From assembly GCF_006345805.1 (NCBI RefSeq), contig NC_043018.1:27156001-27220000 (forward strand): a stretch of DNA of 64,000 nucleotides. The letters run 5' to 3'. The DNA is from Octopus sinensis (Eukaryota). The notes under the pieces were generated by a model. That model did no database searches. It was not told the DNA's origin and saw nothing but the letters and a program-made list of their open reading frames with translations. Both the position numbers and the translations under genes were made by a program. Positions 50,005 through 58,583 of this stretch are shown here, in pieces (position 1 is the first letter of the stretch; every line of letters begins with the position of its first letter).

Positions 50005-50090
50005 TAAATTTTATTTCAATTGTAGATAAAGGAACTTGTTTCCTGCAGAAATTGCTGCTCGTTGTACCGGAAGAGAAGAAACTCCTGTAA
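7483..50090 (+). CDS. SLC7 family heteromeric amino acid transporter light chain (LAT1/LAT2/y+LAT-like), 11 coding exons, 488 aa
   Basis: Exons 7483-7960, 22693-22818, 25280-25379, 32228-32272, 35288-35411, 38140-38243, 41236-41332, 43721-43870, 46193-46277, 48641-48733, 50026-50090 join into one 1467-nt ORF with GT-AG introns and matching phases. Family motifs: TM1 GSIIGSG, heavy-chain disulfide Cys in FPDCEQP, TM6 [38 protein letters not shown]. The exact orthologue cannot be assigned without a tree. Confidence 0.95.
9281..9542 (+). mobile_element. SINE family E (different head and body, D-like 3' tail)
   Basis: GTGGAGGCACGTGGCTTAGTGG head; tail ggactggcgtcc..gaaaccgg..atgagcctggc shared with D; further fragments near 16035, 27145, 32540, 50570. 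Confidence 0.8.
11755..11955. repeat. (CT)n(TA)n(CA)n microsatellite
   Basis: Direct inspection. Confidence 0.95.
11988..12320 (+). mobile_element. SINE family A copy
   Basis: Homology to other family A copies. Confidence 0.75.
13200..13670. repeat. (ACC/ATC/ACA) compound triplet minisatellite
   Basis: Recurrent accaccaacaccagaccc units; open in five of six frames. Confidence 0.9.
13862..14608 (-). mobile_element. Two SINE family C copies (13862-14069, 14408-14608) around an RTE-tail element
   Basis: Reverse complement of ggcagcaagctggcagaa..gagttcaaattc..tttgcctttcatcctttcggggttgataaattaagtaccag. Confidence 0.8.
14790..15500 (+). mobile_element. Head-to-tail train of three SINE family C copies with (TTA)n tails
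   Basis: Copies begin near 14790, 15025 and 15255; further partial copies at 15730-16330. Confidence 0.85.
16445..16669. mobile_element. Spacerless foldback element (225 bp)
   Basis: Arms 16445-16558 and 16559-16669 are roughly 80% complementary; termini ATCTG..CAGAT; AAAT on both flanks. Confidence 0.75.
16971..18258 (-). mobile_element. Internally deleted Tc1/mariner-superfamily element
   Basis: Approx. 26-bp TIRs caaggtgggtgaaaagtaagtaggca / tacctagttactttccacccaccct; N-terminal HTH ([22 protein letters not shown]) and C-terminal [21 protein letters not shown] relics; interrupted at 17395-17820. Confidence 0.8.
17395..17820 (+). mobile_element. Family B, apparently full length, inside the Tc1/mariner relic
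   Basis: 5' segment atcaatggaatttgtagttgtgatacc shared with the 36645 copy. Confidence 0.8.
19345..19728 (+). mobile_element. SINE family A, full length
   Basis: aggtgcaggagtggctgtgtggtaag ... gaaacaagtaaaagag. Confidence 0.85.
21386..21655 (-). mobile_element. Short (TA)n-inserted element with degenerate hammerhead
   Basis: Minus 21453-21500: GUCU-GCGAUGA-GGGGAUAU-AAUAA-AUAUCCUG-GAA-ACAGCUAU-A/AGAC; TA tracts on both sides. Confidence 0.55.
21703..21996 (-). mobile_element. SINE family F (D-like head, different 3' tail)
   Basis: 5' half aligns to family D; 3' half (ggctaaaacaatgcgaagcgcattgtgaccagcg) does not. Confidence 0.8.
22079..22521 (+). mobile_element. TTAA-flanked piggyBac-like MITE, interrupted by an RTE-tail element
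   Basis: TTAA-CCCTTTCATTAC ... GTAATGAAAGGG-TTAA. Confidence 0.75.
22693..22818 (+). CDS. SLC7 exon 2 ([42 protein letters not shown])
   Basis: ttttcag acceptor, G|GTAAGC donor, 126 nt. Confidence 0.95.
23430..23775 (+). mobile_element. SINE family A, 5'-truncated
   Basis: Homology to other family A copies. Confidence 0.8.
24758..25119 (+). mobile_element. SINE family A, near full length, 160 bp upstream of exon 3
   Basis: Homology to other family A copies. Confidence 0.85.
25280..25379 (+). CDS. SLC7 exon 3 ([34 protein letters not shown])
   Basis: Less common AAG acceptor (ttttacaag), TG|GTAAGT donor, 100 nt. Confidence 0.93.
25430..25690. repeat. (TA)n microsatellite just downstream of exon 3
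   Basis: Direct inspection. Confidence 0.95.
26363..26625 (-). mobile_element. Tc1/mariner 3' terminal fragment
   Basis: TACAGGGTGTCCCAAAAGTC terminus; minus-strand ..[17 protein letters not shown]. Confidence 0.55.
27385..27708 (-). mobile_element. SINE family A, inserted into an older tRNA-headed SINE (27145-27790)
   Basis: Reverse complement of family A; host SINE resumes on both sides. Confidence 0.8.
28040..29290 (+). mobile_element. Penelope-like retroelement 3' relic (RT thumb, Cys linker, GIY-YIG endonuclease, 3' UTR)
   Basis: Broken ORF: [21 protein letters not shown] / [52 protein letters not shown]; one frameshift and two TAA stops; hammerhead-like motif at 29122-29157. Confidence 0.85.
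29486..29712. repeat. (TA)n/(TATG) microsatellite
   Basis: Direct inspection. Confidence 0.95.
29713..31770 (-). mobile_element. Approx. 2-kb strand-asymmetric non-coding element bounded by (TA)n, carrying the hammerhead near its 3' end
   Basis: TA tracts on both sides; A-rich on +; no recognisable ORF; boundaries approximate. Confidence 0.4.
29892..30002 (-). ncRNA. Type I hammerhead ribozyme motif with extended stem II
   Basis: Minus strand: UCU-CUGAAGA-GGCCGUGGGACA-(61 nt)-UGUCCUUACGGUC-GAA-ACAGCUGU-C/AGA; all core nucleotides present, GUC triplet, palindromic helix III. Confidence 0.8.
32228..32272 (+). CDS. SLC7 exon 4 ([15 protein letters not shown])
   Basis: Long polypyrimidine tract plus cag, AA|GTAAGA donor, 45 nt; absent from the ORF track. 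Confidence 0.93.
33420..33750 (+). mobile_element. SINE family C pair
   Basis: Homology to 14790 copies. Confidence 0.75.
34547..35230 (+). mobile_element. SINE family A, interrupted by a family D copy
   Basis: Family A body resumes after 35048. Confidence 0.75.
34771..35048 (-). mobile_element. SINE family D copy with 13-bp TSD
   Basis: Homologous to 3583; TSD ACAAC(C/G)AATGTTG at 34758-34770 and 35049-35061. Confidence 0.88.
35288..35411 (+). CDS. SLC7 exon 5 ([41 protein letters not shown])
   Basis: ttgcag acceptor, GTG|GTAAGT donor, 124 nt. Confidence 0.95.
35433..35652 (+). mobile_element. Mariner-derived MITE
   Basis: Degenerate TIRs (ctgaaaagttcctggc / gtcaggaactttccag); internal [21 protein letters not shown] matches mariner C-termini. 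Confidence 0.75.
35661..36200 (-). mobile_element. Mariner transposase 3' relic
   Basis: [62 protein letters not shown]; third catalytic D reads N; TIR-like TAGTAGGTTATCCGGAAAG at 35661. Confidence 0.9.
36645..37095 (+). mobile_element. Family B, apparently full length, with about five VNTR units
   Basis: Same 5' segment as the 17395 copy; (GAT)n tail. Confidence 0.8.
37507..37915. mobile_element. MITE with approx. 28-bp TIRs, 8-bp TSD and internal (TTAGGG)n; Merlin-like by termini
   Basis: TIR gcatcttttcagtttgaacggcagttttt / aaaaactgccgttcaaaccaaaggatcc; TSD CTAATTTC at 37499-37506 and 37916-37923. Confidence 0.75.
38140..38243 (+). CDS. SLC7 exon 6 ([35 protein letters not shown])
   Basis: ttccag acceptor, AG|GTGAGT donor, 104 nt. 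Confidence 0.95.
39500..40062 (-). mobile_element. RTE-clade LINE relic, AP endonuclease domain
   Basis: [53 protein letters not shown] motifs. Confidence 0.9.
40060..40350 (+). mobile_element. SINE family A, abutting the RTE endonuclease relic
   Basis: Homology; 3' truncated. Confidence 0.8.
40528..41072 (+). mobile_element. Two adjacent TTAA-flanked piggyBac-like MITE copies (40528-40757, 40781-41072)
   Basis: TTAACCCTTT...AAAGGGTTAA termini; internal sequence shared with 22079 and 58361 copies. Confidence 0.8.
41236..41332 (+). CDS. SLC7 exon 7 ([32 protein letters not shown])
   Basis: ttccag acceptor, ATG|GTTAGT donor, 97 nt. Confidence 0.95.
41901..42278 (+). mobile_element. SINE family A copy
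   Basis: Homology to other family A copies. Confidence 0.85.
43308..43630. mobile_element. Partial second copy of the 37507 MITE
   Basis: Near-identical to 37610-37915; ends 90 bp upstream of exon 8. Confidence 0.75.
43721..43870 (+). CDS. SLC7 exon 8 ([50 protein letters not shown])
   Basis: ccccag acceptor, AAG|GTTAGT donor, 150 nt. Confidence 0.95.
44150..44615 (+). mobile_element. Family B with internal approx. 120-bp tandem duplication
   Basis: 44297-44415 and 44416-44537 share private variants (ggcgctagg, catgcag). Confidence 0.8.
44838..45248 (+). mobile_element. R4/Dong-like non-LTR element 3' relic (restriction-like endonuclease C-terminus)
   Basis: [63 protein letters not shown] with two frameshifts; (AAT/AAC)n upstream and (TAA)n tail. 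Confidence 0.75.
45250..45830. mobile_element. Unclassified interspersed repeat flanked by (AAT)n
   Basis: Homologous fragments at 15505-15612 (inverted) and 23395-23950. Confidence 0.6.
46193..46277 (+). CDS. SLC7 exon 9 ([28 protein letters not shown])
   Basis: ttctag acceptor, G|GTAAGT donor, 85 nt. Confidence 0.94.
46335..47125 (-). mobile_element. SINE family A, split by the BovB-like insertion
   Basis: Both halves present either side of 46620-46975. Confidence 0.75.
46620..46975 (-). mobile_element. RTE/BovB-like LINE 3' end
   Basis: [61 protein letters not shown], then a short 3' UTR ending GAAGGACGAACATTATT; GC-rich; inserted in the TA tract of a SINE. Confidence 0.9.
48080..48500. 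repeat. 42-bp minisatellite, 10 units
   Basis: Unit gaggcccagcacttgaaaggaactcagccaatttgcctccat. Confidence 0.92.
48641..48733 (+). CDS. SLC7 exon 10 ([31 protein letters not shown])
   Basis: ttccag acceptor, G|GTATTG donor, 93 nt. Confidence 0.93.
48822..49195 (+). mobile_element. Family B copy just downstream of exon 10
   Basis: VNTR units plus tail. Confidence 0.82.
49350..49970 (+). mobile_element. SINE family C train upstream of the last exon
   Basis: Three copies or part-copies separated by (TTA/TTG)n. Confidence 0.8.
50026..50090 (+). CDS. SLC7 last coding exon ([21 protein letters not shown])
   Basis: tgtag acceptor; phase 1 matches exon 10; LQKL..VVP resembles LAT C-termini; TAA stop. 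Confidence 0.9.
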
Positions 50091-50111
50091 TAAAGATACA
50101 CATTTAAAACT

Positions 50112-50142
<31 letters not shown>

Positions 50143-50217
50143 TTTATATTATTATTATTAATATTATTATTTTTTTTTCAAACCCTAAAGACAAAGTCTT
50201 ATGATTAATACAATAAA
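50089..50217 (+). terminator. Candidate polyadenylation signals
   Basis: AATAAA at 50089-50094 (overlapping the stop codon) and 50212-50217; weak evidence in AT-rich DNA. Confidence 0.3.
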
Positions 50218-51012
50218 AACAACAAACAATAACACTGGGCAACAAATTTCAATTTTTTCTCCCCATTCCAGGCATAGGAATGGCCATATCTTATCAAATT
50301 GATTATGATGAATTCAAACCTGATTGACCAATTTTCCTTATCATGTCCAAGTAACAAAAGACCCCTTATTTCCGCACCCCAGTTCCTATGGCATAAACCG
50401 ACTGTGTTACATTTCTGTACCATGATTTTATATTAGACTTGCTTAACCCTTTTGATAACCAACCACCCATGGTTCTCCAGTAGAAATTTTCTGTTTGAAA
50501 ATTATCTAAATTAAAATTCACCATTAAGATTTCCATGTTAATTTGTGTTCCATATTCCACCTTAATGTGAAGGTGCCTGACTCAGTGGTTAAAGTGTCTG
50601 GCTGACAATCATGAGGTAGTGAGTTCAATTCTTGGATTGGGCTGTGTGTTGAGCAAGACACTTCATTTCATGTTGTTCTAGTTCACTCAGCTGTAGAAAT
50701 GAGTTGCGTTGCCACTGGTGCCAAGCTGTCCCTTTGCCTTTCCCTTGGAGAGGGAAGGCTGATATGCATGGGTGACCGCTAGTCTTCCATAAACAACCTT
50801 GCCTGGACTTTTGCCTCAGAGGGAAACTTTCTAGGTGCAATCCCATGGTCATTCATAACCAGTGAGGGTCTTAACCAAACCATTATACCAGGTTAATGGC
50901 AACAGCTATTTTATTAAATATGTCACTATTTTCAAAATTAATTGTAAAAATGGCCCTATTTTTCTGATGAAATATGGCAATAAAATACTTAAATAATGGT
51001 AATAGAATAAAT

Positions 51013-51178
51013 AGGCGTAGGAGTGGCTCTGTGGTAAGTAGCTTGCTTACAAACCACATGGTTCCGGGTTCAGTCCCACTGCGTGGCACCTTGGGCAAGT
51101 GTCTTCTACTATAGCCTCGGGCCGACCAAAACCTTGTGAGTGGATTTGGTAGACGGAAACTGAAAGAAGCCCATCGTA

Positions 51179-51216
<38 letters not shown>

Positions 51217-51443
51217 TGTGTGTGTTTGTGTGAGTGTGTTTGTCCCCTCCACCCAACATCGCTTGACAACCGATGCTGGTGTGTTTATGTCCCCATCACT
51301 TAGCGGTTCGGCAAAAGAGACCGATAGAATAAGTACTAGGCTTCCAAAGATTAAGTCCTGGGGTCGATTTGCTCGACTAAATGCGGTGCTCCAGCATGGC
51401 CACAGTCACATGACTGAAACAAGTAAAAGAGAGAGAAAGAGAG
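51013..51443 (+). mobile_element. SINE family A, full length
   Basis: Complete head, body, microsatellite and tail. Confidence 0.88.
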
Positions 51444-52999
51444 AATGATATTGCAGATATTTAAGGTGTCTTAATGGCATTGTACATTGCAGTACAAGAA
51501 ATTTGCTCTCCTTATTACTTAAAGTGGTGTAAATTTTCCCATTCTTTGGGATCAGAACTACAGCTAATCTTTTACATCAGGCAACTAATAATATCACAAC
51601 AAAAATCAATGGTTTTTCTCCTGTAAAATGAGGAATACTGCCTATGAAAATGGCAAAGAAAAAGTATGAAACATTATGGTGTTTAGCCAAAAAAGATTCC
51701 ATTCTTGAAGTTTGGAATCAGACAACATTGCATTTTCCCAAAAATTCCTATTTACAAAACCCATTTAACTGTTATTTGGATTAACAAATCTGGCACCACT
51801 GGATTATCTCCTTTGTTTCTAAAGCGTTTAGATTAACTCTTTAGCATTCAGATTACTCTGTGAAATGTAATTCTTATTTACTCACATTGTCTTGAATTAA
51901 TCAAGCATTATCTCATATCTTTGAGATTTCGATGGTGTGATTGCTTTTTGGCACGTAAAAAGCACCATCTGATCGTGGCCGTTTGCCAGCCTCGTCTGGC
52001 ACCTGTGCTGGTGGCACGTAAAAAGCACCCACTACACTCATGGAGTGGTTGGCGTTAGGAAGGGCATCCAGCTGTAGAAACATTGCCAGATCAGATTAGA
52101 GTCTGGTGCAGCCTTCTGGCTTCCCAGACCCCAGTTGAACTGTCCAACCCATGCCAGCATGGAAAGCGGACGCTAAATGATGATGATGATGAGATCTGGC
52201 AGGAAGAATATTTGGGCTGGATTTGGCAAATTTGAATACTAATGGGTTAAAAGAACAGTTGGTGGATACCAATAGTGGGAATTGCTTCATTTGTACTGGT
52301 TTTAAAGTTGCTTGGCGAGTTGACCTTCGATTTATTTATTTTTCAATCTTTTATTTGTGACGCCAGGTACATTAGTCATCCGAAAATAACAACTTGTCAT
52401 AAGTGATTTGTGGGTTGTCACCAAGTCAAGGAATGGTTCTGTTACCATTCAGCCAAGCTATTAACATTGCTTTGTACCATGTAGAGCAAATATATGGCTC
52501 TCAGTCCTTCTCCCTCTCTTGGTCACTGAACTTACACTCAAAACGGTACACAGTACTTATCTGCAAGTTTCATCTTCTGCGGTCACTATGTTTTTGTTTT
52601 TTTTTTTCACCATAAATGGGCGTTCATTATCTGCAATCAAAGTCATTCTTACAAGCAAGTTTGATCTTTGATGCAGTCACACTGGTTTACTATTATTATA
52701 ATTATTATTATTATGATCAATTTAACCCCTCCCCACCAAATTTCTGGCCTTGTCCCAAAATTTGAAACGCTTTGATAAAAATGATTAAAATTTTACTTTC
52801 TTAAAATCTGGATGTGATAGGAAAAATTTCATAAACTGGTTTGATATTAGCATATCAAAATTACCAAGAAAATTTTTTTTTTTTTTTTTTGCCCAGTGCT
52901 ATTGTCAAACATAATAGAACGACGAAGAAAATCTGCAATTAACTCATTCATATTCGCACACAGATTGACAGACATTCATTCGCCCACCTAAACCACATC

Positions 53000-53700
53000 A
53001 CCTAACAATTGCTAACACACACACACACTCGATAATGCATACACTAACATTGCTAAGACGCACCCACACGCATTCACTGTACCATTACTAAAACTCACAT
53101 ACATAGACACATACGCACACACACTCACATTCACCACACCCTTGCTTACATATACTCATTCACACCATTTCTAAGACACACACACATTCACTATACCAAC
53201 TCACACACACACACACACACATTCACTATACCAACTCATACACACACATTCACTATACCAACTCATATGCACACACACACACATTCACTATACCAACTCA
53301 CATGCACACACACACACACACATTCACTATACCAACTTGCATACACACACACACATTCACTATACCTACTCATATACACACACACACACACCGACCACAA
53401 TATTACTAGAGCACACACACTCACATTCACCACACTCTTGCTTACATATACAAATTCATACCATTTCTAAGATACACACACACACACACACACATTCGCT
53501 ACACCATTGCTAAAACTCACATACACGCACACACACACACAGAGACATGCACGCACACACATCCACCACACCATTGCTTACATGCACACCCACTCAGAGT
53601 ACACCATTGCTAAAATACACAAACACACATTCACTACACAAACATTGAACGCACTAATGCTAAAATGCACACACACACACACACACACACACCAAACCCA
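53000..53700. repeat. (CA)n-based minisatellite (cacacattcactataccaact units)
   Basis: Direct inspection. Confidence 0.85.
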
Positions 53701-54088
53701 AAATACTAAAATTTATCTTTCATGCATTTCGCTTTTAAGAAAATGTTGTCGTTCCATTTGTGTCCCATTGCTGTGATGTGGTAGAATTCGAACCTTCATA
53801 CAATCTCTCTCTCTCTCTCTCTCTTTCTCACTTCCGTAGTGCCTTCTTTAATCTGTTTTCGTCTGCTGCTAGTTCTTCTACTTTGCCAACCAGTTTCCAC
53901 AGTGTCTGTTGTAGTTTGCTTTGCCATGCTAGAAATAGCAACCAAACCCAAACTCCTTCAAATCTCTCCTCGTATGACTGTTTTGAAAAAAAATTACAAA
54001 AAAAAAGGAAAAGAGAAAAATTAAATGAAGAACATCTTAGACATTCTAGTCCTAGATATATATATATGTGTATGTGTGTATATATATA

Positions 54089-54133
<45 letters not shown>

Positions 54134-54869
54134 ATATTATATATATATATATACATACACACATAAGCAGATGAGAAAGTCATGGTTAGAATGACTTTGG
54201 ATCAAATTTGCCCAGTGAGAGCTGACCTGGGGTTAAATAACAACAAGCAAACACACACAACTTCTGGGGCTTGTGATGGAAGCTCATACATGGTCATCCA
54301 ACTTGCTAGAAATAGCAACTAGACCAAAATCTCTTTCAAATCACACTCCACCTTATCTTGTAACAAACAAACAAAAAAAAAAAAAATAAAAGGATGGTTA
54401 ATACATTGGGTCCTGTAGTCCAAGATACACATATACACTATGTCTGGGGGTTAAAGTTGTTTTGTTTTTTTTCTTGAGTTTGATCATTGGTCTGCTTGGT
54501 GTGAGGCCTGTCCTAGGGTTAAACAACAAAAACAACACCCAAATTTATGCACCAAATTAGTGTTGTTTTGAATATTTTTTATATTATTTTTACACTGCTT
54601 TAGTTATTTTTTAAAAATTTGGTTGAAAGTTTTTCTCAGTTTCAAGAATATTGAAATGTTGTGGGTAGTTATAAAAAAAAAAGAGAAAAAAAGTGGAAAA
54701 GAAAAGTTAAATAAGAGCTTAAAAATGAATTTTGTTTTGTTAAAAAATAGGACAAAACATAAAAAATTAAATTATATTTTTTTCAAACATTTCAGAATGT
54801 CCAGACCTCATTTCATTTGACAGCTGAAACAGTTTTTATCCATCTCTTCTGCCTTAATATTTGCATTTA

Positions 54870-55390
54870 CAAAGGCAGGCAAGCTAGCTGAATCATTAGC
54901 ATCCCTGTGGCATTTTGTCCATCTTACATTCTGGGTTCAAATTCTATCAAAGTCGACTTTGCCTTTCATCCTTTCGGGGTCAATAAATTAAGTACCAGTT
55001 GCGTACTGGGGTCGATCTAATTGACTGGCCCCCTCCCTGAAAATTTTGGGCCTTGTGCCTAGAGTAGAAAAGAATAAAATCTAGTTGAGCACAGGGGTTT
55101 GTGTAATCAACTTAGCCCCTCTCCTGAAATTGCTGGCCTTGTGCTAAAATTTGGAAACCAATATATATTCATCAGGTGGTGAGCTGGCAGAATCGTTAGC
55201 ATGCCAGGTGTAATGCTTAGTGGCATTTTATCGATCTTTACATTCTGTGTTCAAATTCCACTGAGGTTGACTTTTGCCTTTCATCCTTTCAGGGTTGATA
55301 AACCAAGTACCAGTTGAGTACTGGGGTCAATGTAATCGTCTTACCCCTTCCCCTAAAATTGCTGGCCTTGTGCCGAAATTTGAAATCAAT
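54870..55390 (+). mobile_element. SINE family C train
   Basis: Two full copies and one partial copy in tandem. Confidence 0.8.
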
Positions 55391-56532
55391 ATATTCATTG
55401 ACAAAGGGGCAGGGTGACGGTAGTACGTTTAGTTACTCTTCATCAGGTTCTGTGTTCAAATCCTACAACAGTCATCGTTATGTTTCTGTAATTCTTAAGG
55501 AAATTAATAAATTGAAGGACCAGCCAAGTACTTGATTGGTTGACTAACTATTTCTTCATCCTTTCCACTCTACCTAAAAATAAAAATAGAAAATAAAAGC
55601 TGTGGCCCTGTGCTTATAGGTGCAGGCACGGCTGTGCGGTTAAGAAGCTTGTTTTGGAACCATGTGGCTTCAGGTTCAGTTCCATTGTGTGGCACTTTTG
55701 GGCAAGCATCTTCTACTATAGCCCTTGCTAACCAATACTAAATCGAATTTTTCCCTGTAAGTTTGGAGCTATACTCTCTAATATTATTATTATTATTTTA
55801 TATATATATATATATAGTTGCAAAGCAAACTTCTTGCTCACCACTCAGTAGCCAACCCTGTATTGAATATAAATTTCTAGCATGAGCACAAGGCCATGAA
55901 TTTGGAAGGTGGTCAGTTAAGTTAGATATCAAATACTTGTTTAACCTCAGCTGTAAATATTTCAAAAAAAGGAAAAAGAAAAATTTCCGTCATTCGTTCT
56001 GAAAAATTAGAAGTTTTAATTAAATGTAAAACGCCTTGGGATGCTTCTAATGCTATGCTGTTTAGGGTGGAAGAAATGGGACAAAATTGAAAGTTTTGTA
56101 AAACTCAGATATACTTGTATGTTTGAAGAACAATGTTCATTTGCCTGCATGCAATTAGAAGTAATTATTCGTTAATACAGAATTATTGTTATTTGAATAA
56201 TATACTCGCATGCACACACACATATGTATATATGTGTGTGTGTGTATTTGTGTATATATATATATATATGCATCCATATATGTATATATATATGTCATTG
56301 GAAGTAGTGTGTCATCTCTTTGCTCTGTGTGTCAGATATGTGTATGATACCTTCACCATCTCTGTTTTGTTGAAACGCTGACAAATCATAATTAGTTGAG
56401 CACTGAGTGGAAACATATGTTGTAAATTTGTCTACATATGAATTGTGTGTTTGTGTACATGTGTGTATACATACGTATGTGTGTGTGTGTGTATATATAT
56501 ATATACATACATACTCACACATACAGATATAT

Positions 56533-56586
<54 letters not shown>

Positions 56587-58360
56587 TATATATATATTAT
56601 ATATATATACATGTACATAGTTGCATTGTTAACAAGGAACCTGTATTTTATTCGGTGGCTCTCTCTACATATAGTATACCATAATTACACAGCATTAATC
56701 AACACATCTTTCTTTCCAGGGCCCCATGAAAGTAAAAATATTTACCTTGTCAAAAAATGAGCAGAATTTTTAGTACCTTGTGGTGTTTGTTTCAACCCTC
56801 TGCCAAGAGTTCAAATCCCACTATAGTCAACTTTTCCTTTCATCCTTTTGGAGTTGATAAGTTAAATAGCTGACTAAGGTGGTAGGTTGTTGGCACTGTT
56901 AGAAGGGTCAGGAAAGATATCTTGTGGCGTCTGTCCAGTTGGTGACTCCTTGCAATGACATTGGTGTCCAGCTGTGTCAATCTGAGTTGGTGACCTTCCC
57001 TTTGGTTTAACACTAGTGGCATGGAAAGGAATGACTCGTGTGTATGTGCAACTGTTAGTCTTCTTCATAAGCAAAATTTTCTTAGATCTGTGCATACATG
57101 TACTGAGGCAGGGTCTGTCTTGGTCGATTGAGGGCTCCTTATATAAAAAAACCAGTTGGGATTTTTTTAACACAAAATGTGATTTTCCTTCAAAATGAAC
57201 TTATTAAATAAAGTAAGGAATAACAGGGATTTGCAGAGTACTTGTGATATATACAACGAAGCAGTGGTCCCCAATTTTAATTTTTTATTTTTTCTGGACC
57301 ACTGGCTCGTTTCAAGCTGAACAATTTTCTCACAAACCAATCATGGTTTCAATCTGGACAATTTTCTCACAGACCGGTCATGGTCTCAAGCTGGACAAAT
57401 TCTTTCACAGACCAGTCGTGTATAAATAAAATGAGATATCCATTGGCACCCCACCCTCTTTGTCGAAATAAAGTGTTAGACACTTATGGTATGCAAATTA
57501 GTTACTCCACTTCTCTGAAGTTATTGTATTTGTTGAGTTTATAAAGAGACTGATTGCGTGTTTCTCTGTGATTAGTCAAATGATGTTAACACTGATGAGA
57601 CCCCAATAATGCTCGAAAATTAAAAAGCTATTCATAATTTTTTCCAAAGTATGGAGAAAAGGCTAAATGTGCCCAGTTTACGTATCTATGACATGGGTTA
57701 CATAATATATAGCTTGCTTATTACATATATGATGCAAATATAATTATCGCACTGTTCATTATGTGCTTTATAACTAGTCAATAAAATTTAGATATTTATT
57801 CTTTCTGTGCAGCCCAGTATAGGTCTGTGACCTGGTGGCCAGGGACTCCTGCTATTAAGCATCAAGTATCAGTATTGAAGTTAAAAATCTGTTTCAAGCC
57901 TACCGGACCATGAGGTTGAAGCTTAACCCTTGACCTGGTTTCTGTGATGTTTAATTGAATGGAAATACAAGGCTCTTCTCTGACTAAGAAGTCAGTCTGT
58001 CATAGAGTTGAAATGCCCCTCTTCTCACTCGTTGATAGTGCCCCCTTTTGGCGGGGGGGGGGGGGGTGAAATGAAGTGCCTTGGTTCTTGAAATTTGATC
58101 CGCCAAATATTTTTTAGTTAATTTCTTAATTAGCCTGATCAAAGCATGGCTATTAATTATTCAAGTGCAAAGATTTAGAACAATTAAGAATTTGAGGTCT
58201 TGAAGTGCAGATGTAGGTAGTTTCCTGGTTGTGGTAGATGGATCAGATGCTGTAGTGTCAGACGGATTACAACATTGTGTTGATTCTACCAGGAACAATG
58301 GTTATAGATGATTTCTTGGTGTTATGCAGAACCATCATGTTTTGTATACGGCACTTGACG

Positions 58361-58583
58361 CCCTTTTGTTACTAACCCGGCCAAAACCGGCTCTGGCTCT
58401 GTGGTAAAATGTCCTGCTTTCATAAGTTTTGAATTAAAATCTTCCACCAAACCTTAGTCACAATTTACGTTCCTAACACTAGTTTAATGATAACTAAATT
58501 ATTTTACTAAATTCTTTGTTATATTTAAAATAATTGAAGGAAACACAAAGCATCTCAAAATAAATACAGTAACGAAAGGGTTA
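58361..58583 (-). mobile_element. piggyBac-like MITE copy
   Basis: Reverse complement of the 40528 element. Confidence 0.75.

Noticed and set aside
54796-54827. Alternative last exon (ECPDLISFDS*) after ttcag
   Set aside because: Phase-compatible, but no family similarity and the 50026 exon already supplies the conserved C-terminus
55410-55453. Minus-strand hammerhead relic (CTGATGAAGAGTAACTAAACG..CGTC)
   Set aside because: Needs a deletion and several substitutions to restore GAAA and stem I; too speculative
2036-57738. C/EBP-ATF amino acid response elements (TGATGCAA near 2036, 17958, 22028, 24099, 57730)
   Set aside because: About five hits versus two to three expected by chance from composition; none at the promoter
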